A stretch of 64,000 bases of DNA from an uncultured virus (IMG/VR IMGVR_UViG_3300045996_000972). Its lineage: Duplodnaviria > Heunggongvirae > Uroviricota > Caudoviricetes. The notes below the pieces were generated by a model that worked only from the letters and a program-made list of their open reading frames with translations, searched no databases and was not told where the DNA came from. Each line of letters starts with the position of its first letter. Positions within the stretch are counted from its first letter, which is position 1. The translations under genes were made by a program, and so were the position numbers. The stretch lies in IMG/VR virus record IMGVR_UViG_3300045996_000972; one strand, written 5' to 3'. Positions 36,853 to 50,500 of this stretch are shown piece by piece.

Positions 36853-38430
36853 ATGGCAGAGATTTTAAATTATCAGGGGAATGCGGCGTTATCGGCTGGT
36901 AGCTCTACGGGCGGAGGCCCGGCAGTTGAATTGAATTTCGACAAGGCATTGGGTGCGTTTGATGATCTTAATAATCGGCGCAACCAGGTGGCGGATATGG
37001 AATGGAAACAGAAGATCACCGATCGCGATACCGTCTACAAGATGGTGGCAAATCTGGAAGCAGATTTTGATAAGGTCTTGCCGGAGAAACAGCCGGAAAT
37101 GAGAAAGAGGATTGACGGCATTACTCAAAAATTACTGGAAAACCCCAACATACTGGCCGATCGTGATGCATACCAGAAGGTCCAGAAGGAAATAAGTGAG
37201 TTCAACGAAATGAACGCCTATGCCAAGGCGAACTACAAAACCATTTCCGAGGATATTGCAGAAGCGTCAAAGATCGAAGACCCGGAGGACCGTAAAAGAA
37301 GAATGGACCACATCATCACACAGAGGGATAATATCAAGAAAAACCCTTATGCCCTTTACGACCCTTACAAGAAGGATCTGGAATACAAGTATGATGAAAT
37401 GTTCAAGCCTGTTCCCTTTAAGAAAAAAGTTACAGGCGTCAGCAAGGACGGATTTACCCAATCGGTGACAAATTACACCGACCCGGTAGACATGCTCAAA
37501 AACTACCGGTTCGACGTTGTTGAAGGGCGCAACAAAACAGTCCAGAATCAGGTTAATCAGTTCGTTGATGAACTTCTTAGCCCACAAAAGGATCCTGCGT
37601 ATAAAGCCCAAACTTGGCATGCCTGGAACGAGAAGATCAAGGCCGCAAACAAATACCTCCCACCGACAGAGCAGATTAAGGAAATACGTTACAGCGTAGT
37701 GAATGGCAATCCGGTATTTGACGTGAATTTCACCAAGGACGATCTTGCAAAAGCCGCGTATGTCGCATATAGGTTCAACGAGTCCCAATCAACAGAATAT
37801 AACGAAGAAGCTGCGAAGCTGGCAAAAACCAAATCGGAAATTGACGAAAACAAAGCCCAGGCGGAGAAAGCTCGTAAAGACGCGGAATCAAATCGGATCC
37901 GGGCTGTTGCATACGGCGACAATCTCAAGGCTAAAACCGCGGCATTTACCAAGGCCATGGAAACGCCGGCATTGAACTTCGACGAGCTTCCTTCGAGAAT
38001 GAAACACCTCAAAGTGGAGGGTGGATATGTGTCGCAAGTATCTTGGGATGACATACCAGAAGGAACCCGGAAAGACTTGGGTATCGATCCGATCACAACA
38101 GGCAACGGCACCAACCGGTACGTGAACATCATTCCAACGAATGTATTGACAAAAGATGGCGCTGTTTTGACTGAACAGCAAGTCAATGAAGCCTATGAGC
38201 AAGCTGTCAAGGGCGGATATAATGGCTCACCTATTCAGTATTTGGAAAAAGCCAGAGCTGATCAAAGAATATCTGGATGGGATTATGAATTAGTAGGGCG
38301 CGAACCGGGCAAACTGGCGACTACCAGGGCGAACAGGCTCACCACTACGCAAAACACTGCGGGTCGAACAAAGAGCAAGGACTTGCGCCTTGGCGACGAC
38401 GGTGATGCGATGCCAGTAGAAAACGATTAA
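36853..38430 (+). CDS. internal virion (ejection) protein
   Basis: Helical, charged, 525 aa; sits between the pilot-like gene and the giant gene. Confidence 0.55.
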   Translation: MAEILNYQGNAALSAGSSTGGGPAVELNFDKALGAFDDLNNRRNQVADMEWKQKITDRDTVYKMVANLEADFDKVLPEKQPEMRKRIDGITQKLLENPNILADRDAYQKVQKEISEFNEMNAYAKANYKTISEDIAEASKIEDPEDRKRRMDHIITQRDNIKKNPYALYDPYKKDLEYKYDEMFKPVPFKKKVTGVSKDGFTQSVTNYTDPVDMLKNYRFDVVEGRNKTVQNQVNQFVDELLSPQKDPAYKAQTWHAWNEKIKAANKYLPPTEQIKEIRYSVVNGNPVFDVNFTKDDLAKAAYVAYRFNESQSTEYNEEAAKLAKTKSEIDENKAQAEKARKDAESNRIRAVAYGDNLKAKTAAFTKAMETPALNFDELPSRMKHLKVEGGYVSQVSWDDIPEGTRKDLGIDPITTGNGTNRYVNIIPTNVLTKDGAVLTEQQVNEAYEQAVKGGYNGSPIQYLEKARADQRISGWDYELVGREPGKLATTRANRLTTTQNTAGRTKSKDLRLGDDGDAMPVEND

Positions 38431-38470
38431 ATTAGATTGGTTTTTATTGCCGCTACTGGAATTTTCTGTC

Positions 38471-38478
38471 TAAATTCG
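38471..38478 (+). promoter_or_regulatory. -7 element variant upstream of the giant gene
   Basis: TAAATTCG with TTG about 21 nt upstream. Confidence 0.4.
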
Positions 38479-38507
38479 AGGCGTACAAAGCCCCTCAATT
38501 TACTCCC

Positions 38508-41500
38508 ATGGGAAAAATCACCCGCCAGAGCGATAAGTTCAAGAGCACCGATAATCCATTAGCCGGAACGGAAGCAGGAGACGCAACGAATCCGTTGCTT
38601 CAGTTCAACGAGCAGTTAAAAAAAAAAGCCGGTTCGTCCTCTACATCAACCGATGGATCAGCTGGCGGCGAGAAGGTAGAAGACTCACCATCATCATCCA
38701 CTGGTAACAACCCGCTTCTTACATTCAACAAGGAACAAAAACTTGCACCCAACGAGGTCGCAGGTGACTTGCAATCCATTGTTGACGAAGAAAAGAAAAG
38801 AGCCCCTGTTTCTCTTTCCAAAAAAGCATTGGAAGGGGAATCGTTTTTGGATACAGATTTCAGTCAGCATGGTGCCAGCACTGCGGCATTCGATATAAAG
38901 ACCCTTTTGCCGAAACCAATGGGACCGCAGCCAGCTCCGGACCCGTTCACCAGTCATACCCCTAAGCCATACGCGAATAGCAACCTTTTAAAAACGTACA
39001 TCAGCAAGCGCGCCGCTACGGTGGATGCTGAAATAGCCAGGAAGGAGGCCGATATGAAAGAAGCGTACAAGCGCGTTTCAATGTCGGAAATGGTCACGGT
39101 ACGCAATAGCCCAGGATATAAAGCCCGTAAGGCAGATATTGAGGCCAGCAAGTCATACAAAAAACAACTATTTTCTGCGGCAGAGAGCGTAATGACGAAA
39201 CTTGCGGTAGAAGAAAAGTTATCGATCAAATCAAAGAAAGACCTTACCGCGCAGGATTTGGAAGAGGTGGGCGAAATGCGTAGGCTCGTTTCCGGAGATA
39301 CGGAAATTGAAAGAGATCTCGCGAACGTTCAAAAAGCCAAAGGTGCAAAGAAGCACCAGCAGTATACGGAAAAGGTGAAATCCACGAATTTCCTGTACGG
39401 GCAAGACGCGCTCAACAATTACATGGCGGAGTCGCATCAAGAGAAGTTCACTGCCGCGAAGCCCAAGATCGAGCAGATGATTGAGCTGGTTAAGCAGCGC
39501 GATAGCACTTCCAACCAGAAAGAGGCTGTTAAAGCACATGAGCAAATACTGGCACTATCCAAGGACGAAGAAGTTAAGAACTTCATGGACGACCTGAAGG
39601 ATATTTATGACATTCAGACGAAGGGCACAGAGGAATTTAAACAGAAGTATCCGCAGCAGTACAGGGAACAGTTGCGAAGGAAAGCTATCACCGCCTGGGG
39701 AAAGATCGAAGACAGCAAGTTTGTATCAGTCGGCCCGGCTGTAATGAACACATCAGACCCAACAGATGTTTTTGCCGGATTAAAATACTTGTGGTCCAAC
39801 CTTGTTGGAAGCAACCCGGAGAGCGACAAAGACTGGAACGCCATATCCAGAATGACCGGCATACCGGTGGCCACCTTGAAGGACATAAATAAAGACGAGC
39901 TGGAAGGTTGGTTTAGTTCAAATGAAAACTGGTTTGGCGAAAGCGATGCGATCAGGCGACCAGGCTTATTTATGAAGCTAGGTCACAGCTTCGATGAAAT
40001 GGCTTCCAAGTTATTCGTGCAAGGCCCGCGCAGGTTCTTCCGCGTAGAAGACGTGGACCTGAAAAACAAATCCCTGCAAACGAAAATGGAGGCTTTTCAT
40101 TTTCAGCCGCAAGATGATAAACTTATTACCGATCATGGTGATTTCAATTTCAATCCACGATCGATCCTCAACACGATCGGAGAAACTTCCGGCCAGGTTG
40201 CGGTATTCGGAGGACCATCATCAGCCATCGGTGGACTGGTAAAAGGACTTTCGGCGGAAGCTACTGCAGGTGCTAATATCGTCAGCAAGATCGCGACCGG
40301 GGGAACCACATTTACTACCGGGTATCTCGCCAGCTATGAAGACGCCTATCAAGAGGCGGCCAAGTATACCAAGGACGAAGGGAAAAGGAGAGCGTATGCT
40401 TCCTGGGATGCTTTTGCCAATGGCATCAGCGAATTGATATTGCCCGATTCCAAAATACTGGAGTCGATCGCCGGAGCTGGCGGGAAAACAAGTTTCAAGG
40501 CGTTTGAAAAAGCCGTAGCCGAAAAAGGTACCACGATCGCTTTGTTCGAACGAGTAGGAGCTTTCGCCAAAGAGGCCGGGAAGGTTATCGGGGCAGAAAA
40601 TTTGGAAGAGTTCGTGCCGATCATCGTATCATCCTACACGAAGCCCGGAATACTGGACGTTCACCCCGAACCGGGCGAGACAGCAAACGAGTTTATCCAG
40701 TCCATGGTACAAACCACCATAGGAACGCTTGGCATAGGCATAGGCGCGGGTTTAGGAGCTTCCCGAGGCGTTGGCCAGATACGCCGGGAGAGCTTATTTG
40801 AGGCCGGTAATGAGCCGGAGAAGTACATCAACCATTACAACGCATTGGCGGCGGCCGGGAAGATGAACCAAGACGAGGCAAACAAGAATATCCGCATCGT
40901 CAACACCATGACCGGCATCATTAAAGGATTGCCGAAAAACAATCTCAAAGGGAACCCCTTAACATACGATGAAAAGGTCGAATTGGCCGCGCAGCAGTAC
41001 AGGATCAGGATGAACCAGCACATAGCTGACACTTCTCCGATCGATGCGCTGAAAACGACCGCCGAGCAGGATTCTATCGAGGCCGAAGCTGCGCAGCAGG
41101 AAATATTGGAGGGTAAGAGCCCTATTCAGGAAGTGATCACCATGCTCCGGGACAACAAGGCCAGCTTCCCGCTGTATGGCAAGCTAATCGACAGCAATCC
41201 GGAAGAGGTGGTGCGGTTTATCGCTGATCAGGCGCTTGGCAGGGCCGGCGACGGCACCATGTTGGGCGGGAACCAGCGGGAGCAAACGGAAAAGGTATTC
41301 GGGAAAGACCTGGTTGAAAAAGCAATCTCCATTTTCCCTTTAGAGGAAAAAAATGAGCAACCCGCAGAGCCAGCCAAAACACCGGCTAAACCGGTGCCGA
41401 AACAGGATCTTCTTGATGATGCCCTGGATGCGCCCGAAATAAAACCTGAACCCGTTAAAACGACGGAAGTTGTAGCAAAGGTGCCGAAGAAAGATTTACT

Positions 41501-44500
41501 GGACGAGGCATTGAATGAAGACGAGCTGGTGGAAGAACTGGACGTCGAGCCATTCGTTAAGCCGATCGCCATGGACCTGTTAAAGATCGAGCGCGCTGTC
41601 GCAAACAATGGCTACAACATAAGCATTGACTACGATGATGAAATATTGCTCACCGACAAGAAAGGCGACATTGTAGAACCAGACGATGTGCCAGATAGCA
41701 TTAAGCCCATGGTGGAGCAATATGCCACCTACATTGCGAACATTGCTGAAATCGCAGGCAACCCGATGGCCAGGGTGGAGAAGTACAGGAAAGAGCATGA
41801 TGGAGAAGACGCGGAGTTCGAAGTAGTGGAGCCCAATGCACTGCCAGCTCCCACGGTTTCCGAAAAGTACAGCGAACCACAGGACAGCCAGTACGGTAAA
41901 TTCAAAGTATCGATCAAACCTAAAGACGGCAAGCTGGAAGTGGCTGTTGAGGAGCGGGACGAGAAAACCGGCCAGCATAAAAAATCTTCCGCCTATACCC
42001 ATTCTTTCAAAAGCATGGCGGCGGCCGAAAAATACGCGGATGGTGTATTGAAAAAAGACACCACCAAGCCAGAGGCTAAGGTTTCTGACGAGGATCAGAA
42101 ATTGGCGGACCAACTGACAGAGGAAAGAAGGGAGGCCGTTACGAGCCGCTTGATGCGCTTACAGAAGGAATACAATCGGACCCCGGCCAGCTATACGACA
42201 CAATTATCCAATTTAAGGCAAGAGATCCATGCGCTTGCTCAAAAGATCGGCGCAGTAGTACACATGGGCGACGTTACCCATAGCAATTCCCGGAAAACGT
42301 CAAAGCGCGATATAGAACTGAAGGACGCAGAGGGTAAGCCATTGGCCAGAAAGAAATCCCGCATATCGGAAGACGATATTGAAAACGCTATTTCATTAGG
42401 GGATCGATCGCCAGAATTTCAGGCTTTTATTGATGCGGCGATGGATGACATTCTCCACAGCGTCCAGCCAGGCAGCGCATCACGACTGGATAACGGAATG
42501 GCCACCGATCAGATCAAATCAGGGATCAATGCCCTTAAAAAAGGCAGACCGAACAAATACACCTACGATCTTCTGGATAGCCTGGAAACAATGTTCAATG
42601 CCGGATACATTGATTTTGTTCAGTATTCCAGTGGCCATAGTAACAGGCAAGCCGTCCCGGTTGGATATTATACGACCACACAGGAAGCGATAGCCCAGGC
42701 CGTGGATGAATTGGAAGCCGAAGAATTGCAAACGTTCGAAGATCTGAACATTGTGCCAATGGACGTGTTCGATCAGGTGCCGGAATGGTGGGTGAATTAT
42801 TTCGCTGACACGATCACCGAGGAATTGGGTGACGATTTTCTTCCGGAAGATTTCTTGGAAAAGCAAAAAGATTTTGAAAGCATTTATGATGATGCGTTCA
42901 ACGATGATTCCATTTTTAACCTTCAAAATAAAGAGGATGATACAAAAACGGCCAAACGCGCTACGCCTGGCGCAGCGGATCAGCCAATATCCGCAGATAG
43001 TTCAGAAAGAGATATTAAAGAACCTGCTGAAAGCGGCAGCGAGGAAATTGCCGAAGAAGTAAAGCCGAAAACAAAAGAACAGGAGCTCCGGGACCAGCTT
43101 GCAAAAGATAAGGCTGATTTCAAAGAAGCATTGCGGAAGTCAAGAGGCCAAATGAATATGGGTATCGATCCCCAAGTTATCGCTTCCGGTATTAAGCTAC
43201 TGACCAGCTACACCAAACTTGGCATATACAAGTTTTCTGAAATAGCAAGCGACCTGATCAATGATTTTGGCAAAGAGTTCTTTGACGAAGAAAACACCGA
43301 AGCGTTACGCGGAGTGTATTCGTATTATCGCAGCAATCTTCCCAAGGATGAAAGGGGCAAAATGGAAACAGACGACCAGGTGGATGCGGAGATTGAAAAA
43401 ATAAATTCTATCGAGCCAGAAGTTGTGCCTAGTGAATCAATATCGGCAGCGCCTCAAATAACTTTCAACACAACAGCTGACAAAAGCCTTACGGGCGCAC
43501 TGCATCATTTGCAATTACCTTCCGGCACCATATCAGTCGTGGTAGTTCCAGATGGGTTTACAAAAAAAGTTTACGAGCTAACATCAGGGCATCCAATAGC
43601 TTTAACATCAGAGTTTACCGATGAAGGAGCGATAGCAGATATTGTTGATCAGTTGATGGAGAAATCTTTTACTGTCGATAAACTGTATAATAACATATTT
43701 CAGTATGAGCAAACGAATGGATTGAACGGCAAAATCGGTCCAAGAAACGACAGCTTCTATTACAATGAATACAAAAATGAAAGGCTGGCCCAGGAAGAAA
43801 ACAGGCCGTTTGCGCATACAGAGGAACAGCGGGAGTGGTTGCGTAATTTTGCCAAAGAAGCAATTGAAAAAGGGGCAGTTGACATAGCTAGGTTTGCGAC
43901 CCATGCAGTTGACGCGAAAGGCACAGGATGGGGCTTTAGCGAACAGAATTGGCATAGTCGTCTTCAGAATGAACTAGATAAGAGAGAAGTGAGAAGACTG
44001 AGAGCCGCTAATGAACCAATACCGGCTGAGCTGCGGAGCGATTTCAAAGCATTCAATCCGTCTGAAGAAGGGCTAAAAGAAAACCTGCTTGGAAAAACGG
44101 ACAGGACAAACAAGATTGATCCGGAGCTTTATACATCCGTTATACTCCCGGCATGGGAGAAATACGCTACCATATATAACCACTTCGGGTACCTACCAGA
44201 AGATTTTCCTAGAGTTGATAGTTCTGACGCATCAACGCAGGGCCATATCGATCTTCACACCAGCATACTCCTTGCTGCGATACATTCACGTAGCGGAGAT
44301 AAAGAAGCTCGAATTACTGAAGCGACAAAGGACGTGGAAGCTGACGCTGAATTTATTAATATCGTATTTGAGAAATATGGGTTTGAAGCTCCTAGCCCTG
44401 TAATACTCCTTAGCATATACGATGTTCACGCGGATGATGTTATCCGCCACGTCCCTTCGTCTACAAAATACCGGGTGATAAATCCTGATACTGGCGAACT

Positions 44501-47500
44501 AGAAATAATCGGGAAGCCCAATGCGAAAATTGTAGTAGCCGATATCAACGAAGAAGCCTATGTTTTAGTTGAGAACAATTTTAAACCGAAAGAGATTGAA
44601 CAAGACGACGACCAAGAGGACGATGATCAGGACATAGATCGGACATTCGGAGAAGGGAATGCGTTCCCGGTGCCAACAAAAGTGTTCAACGCCGATATCG
44701 CAGGGAAAAACGGACCATTCGTTACCCCGGAAGAAGCTGAGGCAACATTGGAAAGTTGGAGAGTAGCCGCGGAAGAATTGGCAAAGACGCAGGACAACAG
44801 CAAAAAAGTAGTAATCTCATTATTTGATTTCACCGGCGTAGCAACACAGGGCTATCACTTAGCTGGATATACGACCATCCACTTAGACATTCAGCACAAA
44901 GAAGACGAGGGTGAGCCAGGGGAAATTGACTACGAAACGATCACAGAAGCGTTGAAGTCTGGTGAGCGTCGACTTTCAGCCAGGGTAGACATGGCGGAGG
45001 AGTTCCCGGAAGTCATGTTCCAGTTAAAACAGGCATTGGTTGATATGGGTTATACGGTAGAAGGGGTGTTCTCTTTTACTCCATGTACCACCTTTGCAGC
45101 AAGCGGGGCCAAGCACTGGAAAACGCTGCATGAAGTAGAAAGTTTTGACGAGGTGATGAAGCGTTACGGATGGTGGGCTGCCAAGCACTTTGACACACCG
45201 CACGAATACAATAAATATCTGGTGAGTGTTACCGAGCAGTGGTTACTCACCATGAACCCCACAAGGTTTTCCGCAATGGAAAATCCAGTCGGACGTATTC
45301 ATACAGAAACCGGACTACCGGAACCAGCGTTATTGTTTCATCCTCACAACTTCGGAGATCCTTACACTAAGAAAACACAGATTTGGGGCAAGTTCAATCC
45401 TATGCTCCCGATGAACAACGTTTATCCTTCAGAGGGTAGTAAAATCCAATCAAAGCTGAGTAGCAAACAGAAGGTTGAGAGGTCAGCGACCCCGGAGGGA
45501 TTTGCCATGGCGTTCTTTATGGCTAATAGCGATGCTGCGCAGCAAGGACAAGCACCCGTTCCGGCTGAACAAGCTGCCATTTTGGAAGCCGATATTCAGG
45601 TTGCACAGAACGACAAAACGCCAGAACAAAAAGCGATCGAGGATATGATCGCGCAGAAACAAGCAGAGTTGGCCAACGCTGAAAAGGATCTTCGCAAAAC
45701 CGGAAGAAACACCGATAAGCGGATAATGAATAACACCCCCGACTTATGGGGTGAAACCCAAGAGCAGCGGGATATTTTCGGTGGAACCGTGGATGCTTCG
45801 GCCAGAGGCAAGGCCACCGAGAAAAAGCGGAACAAGGTTGAAAGGCTGAAGAATGAGCTGAACAAATTAAGCAAGCAATTGGAAGCGGTCAGCGGCCAGC
45901 CATCGGCACAGCAGGAAATCTTCACCCCGGAAGAAGGGAAAAAAGAGTATGATTTTTCTTTCCCGAACCACGTGGAGCTCCTTACGAATGGTGCCACCGT
46001 TTCTGATGCAAACGAAATATGGAGCGAGAGCCAAGAAAAGCTGGAAGACTATCTAAAACCCATTAAGGACCAGATTCAATTACTGGCAGAGCAATACCGG
46101 GACCAGAAGGACAAGAAAGTAAAAGCCACCATTAAAGCGGAGATCGATCGGTTACAATCGGAAGGTGACGACATTCAGGCAGCATACAACAGGGCGCAGA
46201 ACACGGACTACGATATCACCTTGGCATTTGTAAAGCGCAGAGCCCAGGCGGACGGAATTGCCTTGACGGATAATGAGGCGGTAGACGCTACCGGCGAGCT
46301 ATATGCTACCATGTACGAACGGCCGGGAGTAGAGTGGAGTTGGGAGGAAAAGATCGACAGCGTGGTGACTTATGTGCTTTCCGCATATCGCGATCAGGAT
46401 AGTGATGCTTTTGACCTGGTTAAAACGCCCACCCATGAGAAAGCGGCAGAGTATTTGGGAACTGGTACTAATAACCCTGCTTCGGGATGGTTTTATTCCA
46501 TGCTGAACAGCTTCGCCAGCAACAATTTGACAGATCTCGTTGAAAACAACATGATCGAGGCGATTTCTGAAGGGCTGGAGAACGATGCTGATTATAGCAG
46601 CGCGCTCGAACAACTGGAAAATATACTTGGCGTAACTTTACAGGGGGATCGTCAACAGGCTTACGACCAGTTGAAAAAGAAGTGGGATTCAATTTTCGGC
46701 AATAAAACTCAACCAAATGAGCCAGAAAATAATACAGGAACAGGAGGCGCAGCAGTTAGGAGTGAACGGCCAGATGCTGCTGGAAATGCTGAAGGAACAC
46801 AATCAGCCGAAGTATCGGGAACTGTCGCAGTCGGGGCAACTGATGCCAATGCTGACCAAGGCGGAACAGGAGTACAGCGACAACCTGGACTTTTTGATGA
46901 ACAAACAGGGGTACAACCAGAGCGAGGCCAGGGAAATAGCGTGGCCGCAGATAACGCAGCGGTTCGGAATAAAGTAAAGAACTTTTACCTCCCCGACGAC
47001 TATCAGGAAGAAACGACTTTCAATAAGCGCAAACGCTTCGCAGATAACATTGCTGCCCTTCAAACCTTACTCACCTTACAGAAGGAAGCGCGGATGCCCA
47101 ACTCCGAAGAACAGCTCCTATTGGCCAAATTCGTAGGTTGGGGCGGCTTAAAGCAGATTGAGATAGACCCGGAGGTTGACAGTAAATGGAACGTCCAGTC
47201 TGATCTTCAGTACCGGGATATGGTTCGGACAGCCAGGAACATCATTAAAGAACTGGATCCGGACGGCAAGAGGGCGATGTTGGATGCTGCTATCAAAAGC
47301 ACAGCTAATGCTCACTATACGTCTTTCCCGGTCATTAAGGCGATGTACGACGCTATTGGTAAAATGGGCTTTACTGGCGGTACTGTTTTAGAAACGTCAG
47401 CAGGGGTAGGGAACTTCTTCGCAGCGATGCCTTCGTCTTTTTCGCATCACTCACAGCTCACAGCGATCGAGAAGGATGATATCACCGGGATGATCCTCCA

Positions 47501-50500
47501 ATGCCTGTACCCAAATGCGGCTACTTTCGTCAACGGATATGAAAACGTTGCACTGCCAAACAATCACTACGATTTGGCAATATCTAACGTGCCGTTCGGT
47601 AAAATAGGTATCATCGATGCGAATTTCAGAAACAACAAAGACAAGCGTTACGCAACCGCAGCAAGCAGGATACACAATTACTTCTTTGTAAGAACAATGC
47701 AACACCTTCGCCCAGGCGGGGTGATGGCGTTTATCACTTCGAGATACACGTTGGATAGCATGGAAGCTAAAGAGGTTCGCGAACTGCTTGCAGAACAAGG
47801 CGAGTTTTTGGGTGCTGTAAGGTTGCCGGACACCGCATTTAAAGCAAACGCCGGAACAGAAGTAGTTACCGACATTATCTTCTTCCGTAAATATGAGGAG
47901 GGCGAAGCTCCGAAGGAAAATCAGCCATTCCTGCGCGTTCTTGACAGGGACATTACAGAGAACGACCACACGGTTAAAGTGAAGTATAATGAGTACTTCC
48001 ATGCGAACCCGGACCACATGATCGGGCAAATAACATTCGGCGGATTGTACCGGGAAGATGAATTTTTCCTTATGGGGGATCCTAAATCGGATATCCGGGC
48101 CGAAATAAATACAGCCACCGACAGGTTCCTCAACAAGAAACTATTCCACGAACACCAGAAGAACGTCAATCAGAAAATAAAGAAGGACGTTGATGCTTAT
48201 GTAGAAAAGGGCGATTACGACAAAGTGGGTAATCTGGTTACGCTGGCAAACGGTGACGTTGGAAGGGTAACGGGCGAGTTCTTTGTTAATGAAGAATTGG
48301 ACCAGAAAGCAAGAGACTTGGGGATAAATCCAGATAGCATTCGCTTGGGTAAAATCACCTGGTACGAGCAAGAAACACTTACCAAGAACGGTTTGAAACC
48401 CGATATGTGGGATATAAAAACTGTTACGAAGATTTCGACCAATGCCAAAAGCAGAAAATACGCTCCGGAGCTTATCAATATCCGGAACCTTGCCACGAAA
48501 TTATTCATGCAGGAGGTTCAGGACTTCCCCGAGTACCTAATTGACGAGACAAGGGCGGAATTAAAGTCGGCATATGAGAAGTTCAAAAAACAGCATGGCT
48601 TCATCAATACCAATAAAGAGGTTGTCAAGTTCTTAGAGAACGAAGCAGATCAGCACACTATCCGCGCGTTGGAAATATTTGACAAGCCAGCCAACCAATG
48701 GAAGCCTTCTGATCTTTTCGTGAAACGGACTATTAGGCCAGCAAAGACCATTACCAGAACGGATAACGTTCGCGACGCGCTGATTATCTCTTTCCAAGAG
48801 TACGGCAACGTGAACATGGACCGCATGGCGGAGTTAATGGGAAAGACCGTAGAGGAGGTTTTTGAATCTGAACAGAAGGAGGGCGGTTTACTTTTTAAAA
48901 CACCTGCAGGTGAATACGTCGATCGCGAAGATTATCTGTCCGGGAACGTTAAAAAGAAGCTGGCAGAAGCAAAAGAGGCCGGGTTAGATCATAACGTAGC
49001 AGAGCTTAACAAAGTGATTCCGGAAGATATTCCTGCCGGACAAAAAATATTCTCACCATTACAGGCAAGGTGGATCCCGGAGGATATTATTCAGCAGTTC
49101 CTTGAAGAAGTCGTTACAGGCGGGACACGCATTCGGTTGAAGTACGACAAGGTAAAAGACGAATATTCCGTCAACATTTATGGTTCCACCCCGGAAACAC
49201 AGGCGCTTAATACCGATCGGCGTTCTGCCTCATGGATTTTACAACACGCGCTAAAAGGAAAAGAACCAGTTGTTGAATGGACCGATGATGATGGTAAGAA
49301 GCACCTGGACGAGCAAGACACCATGAAAGCGGTGGAGCTTTATAAGATGGTGCGGGAAAAATTCGACAATTGGAAATGGGAGGACGTGGATCGCCGCGAG
49401 AAGCTGGCTAGGATTTACAATGACCTGTTCAACACTACCGTTGAGCGTCAATATGACGGAAGCCATCTTCAGTTCCCAGGCATGAACACCCACCCTGTTA
49501 ATGGGTTCAGCCTACGCCCACACCAAAAAGATGCGGTATGGAGGTTCGTACAGACTGGTGGTGGCATCGCTGATCACATGGTCGGCGCGGGTAAGACGCT
49601 CATCATGATCGCCACGGTTATGGAAATGCGCCGATTGGGTAAGTCTAAAAAACCAATGATTATCGGCCTCAAATCACAGGTGCCGCAAATGGTCGCGGAG
49701 TTCCGAAAAGCATACCCGTTGGCCAAGGTGCTTTATCCTTCAAAGAACGAATTTGATGCGAAAAACAGGAAGCGTATGCTTTCACAGATCGCGACCAATG
49801 ATTGGGATTGCGTAGTGCTTACTCATGACCAGTTCAATAAGATACAACAGTCGGTGGAGATTCATAAGGCATTGCTGGATGAACTGCTGGATGATCTGAA
49901 AGAGCAGTTGGCCATGGAGGACAATAAAAACGAAAGGAAGAAGATTCAGAAAAGGATCGATAGTTACGAGGAGAAAATTTCAAAACTTCTTGATGCCGAC
50001 AAGGACAGGGACGTGATGAACTTTGCTGAATTGGGCGTAGACTTTCTGGCCGTTGACGAAAGCCAAGAATACAAAAACCTTGAATACACCACCCGGCACC
50101 AGAATATCCGCGGACTTGGGAACGTAGCAGGATCCAAAAGGGCATTCAATCTCCTTATCGCGTCTAGGCAAATTCAGGCGATTCACCAAGAGGATCACGG
50201 GATATTATTTGCTTCTGGTACGCCGATTTCAAACACCTTGGCCGAGTTGTATTTGCTATTCAAGTATCTGCGTCCAGCCAAGATGCGCGAATTGGGTATT
50301 AATACATTTGATAAATGGGCGTCAACCTTTGCGGATCAGGCCACGGAGCTGGAATTTTCCGGTGGCCGCTGGAAAGAAATATCGAGGTTCAGAAGGTTTG
50401 CGAACGTTCCGGGCCTGTTGAGCTTATACCGGGAGATTGCTGACGTTCGGAACAGGACCAATCTGGTCCTCCCACGTCCGGAGGCAAAGCACCACCTGGT

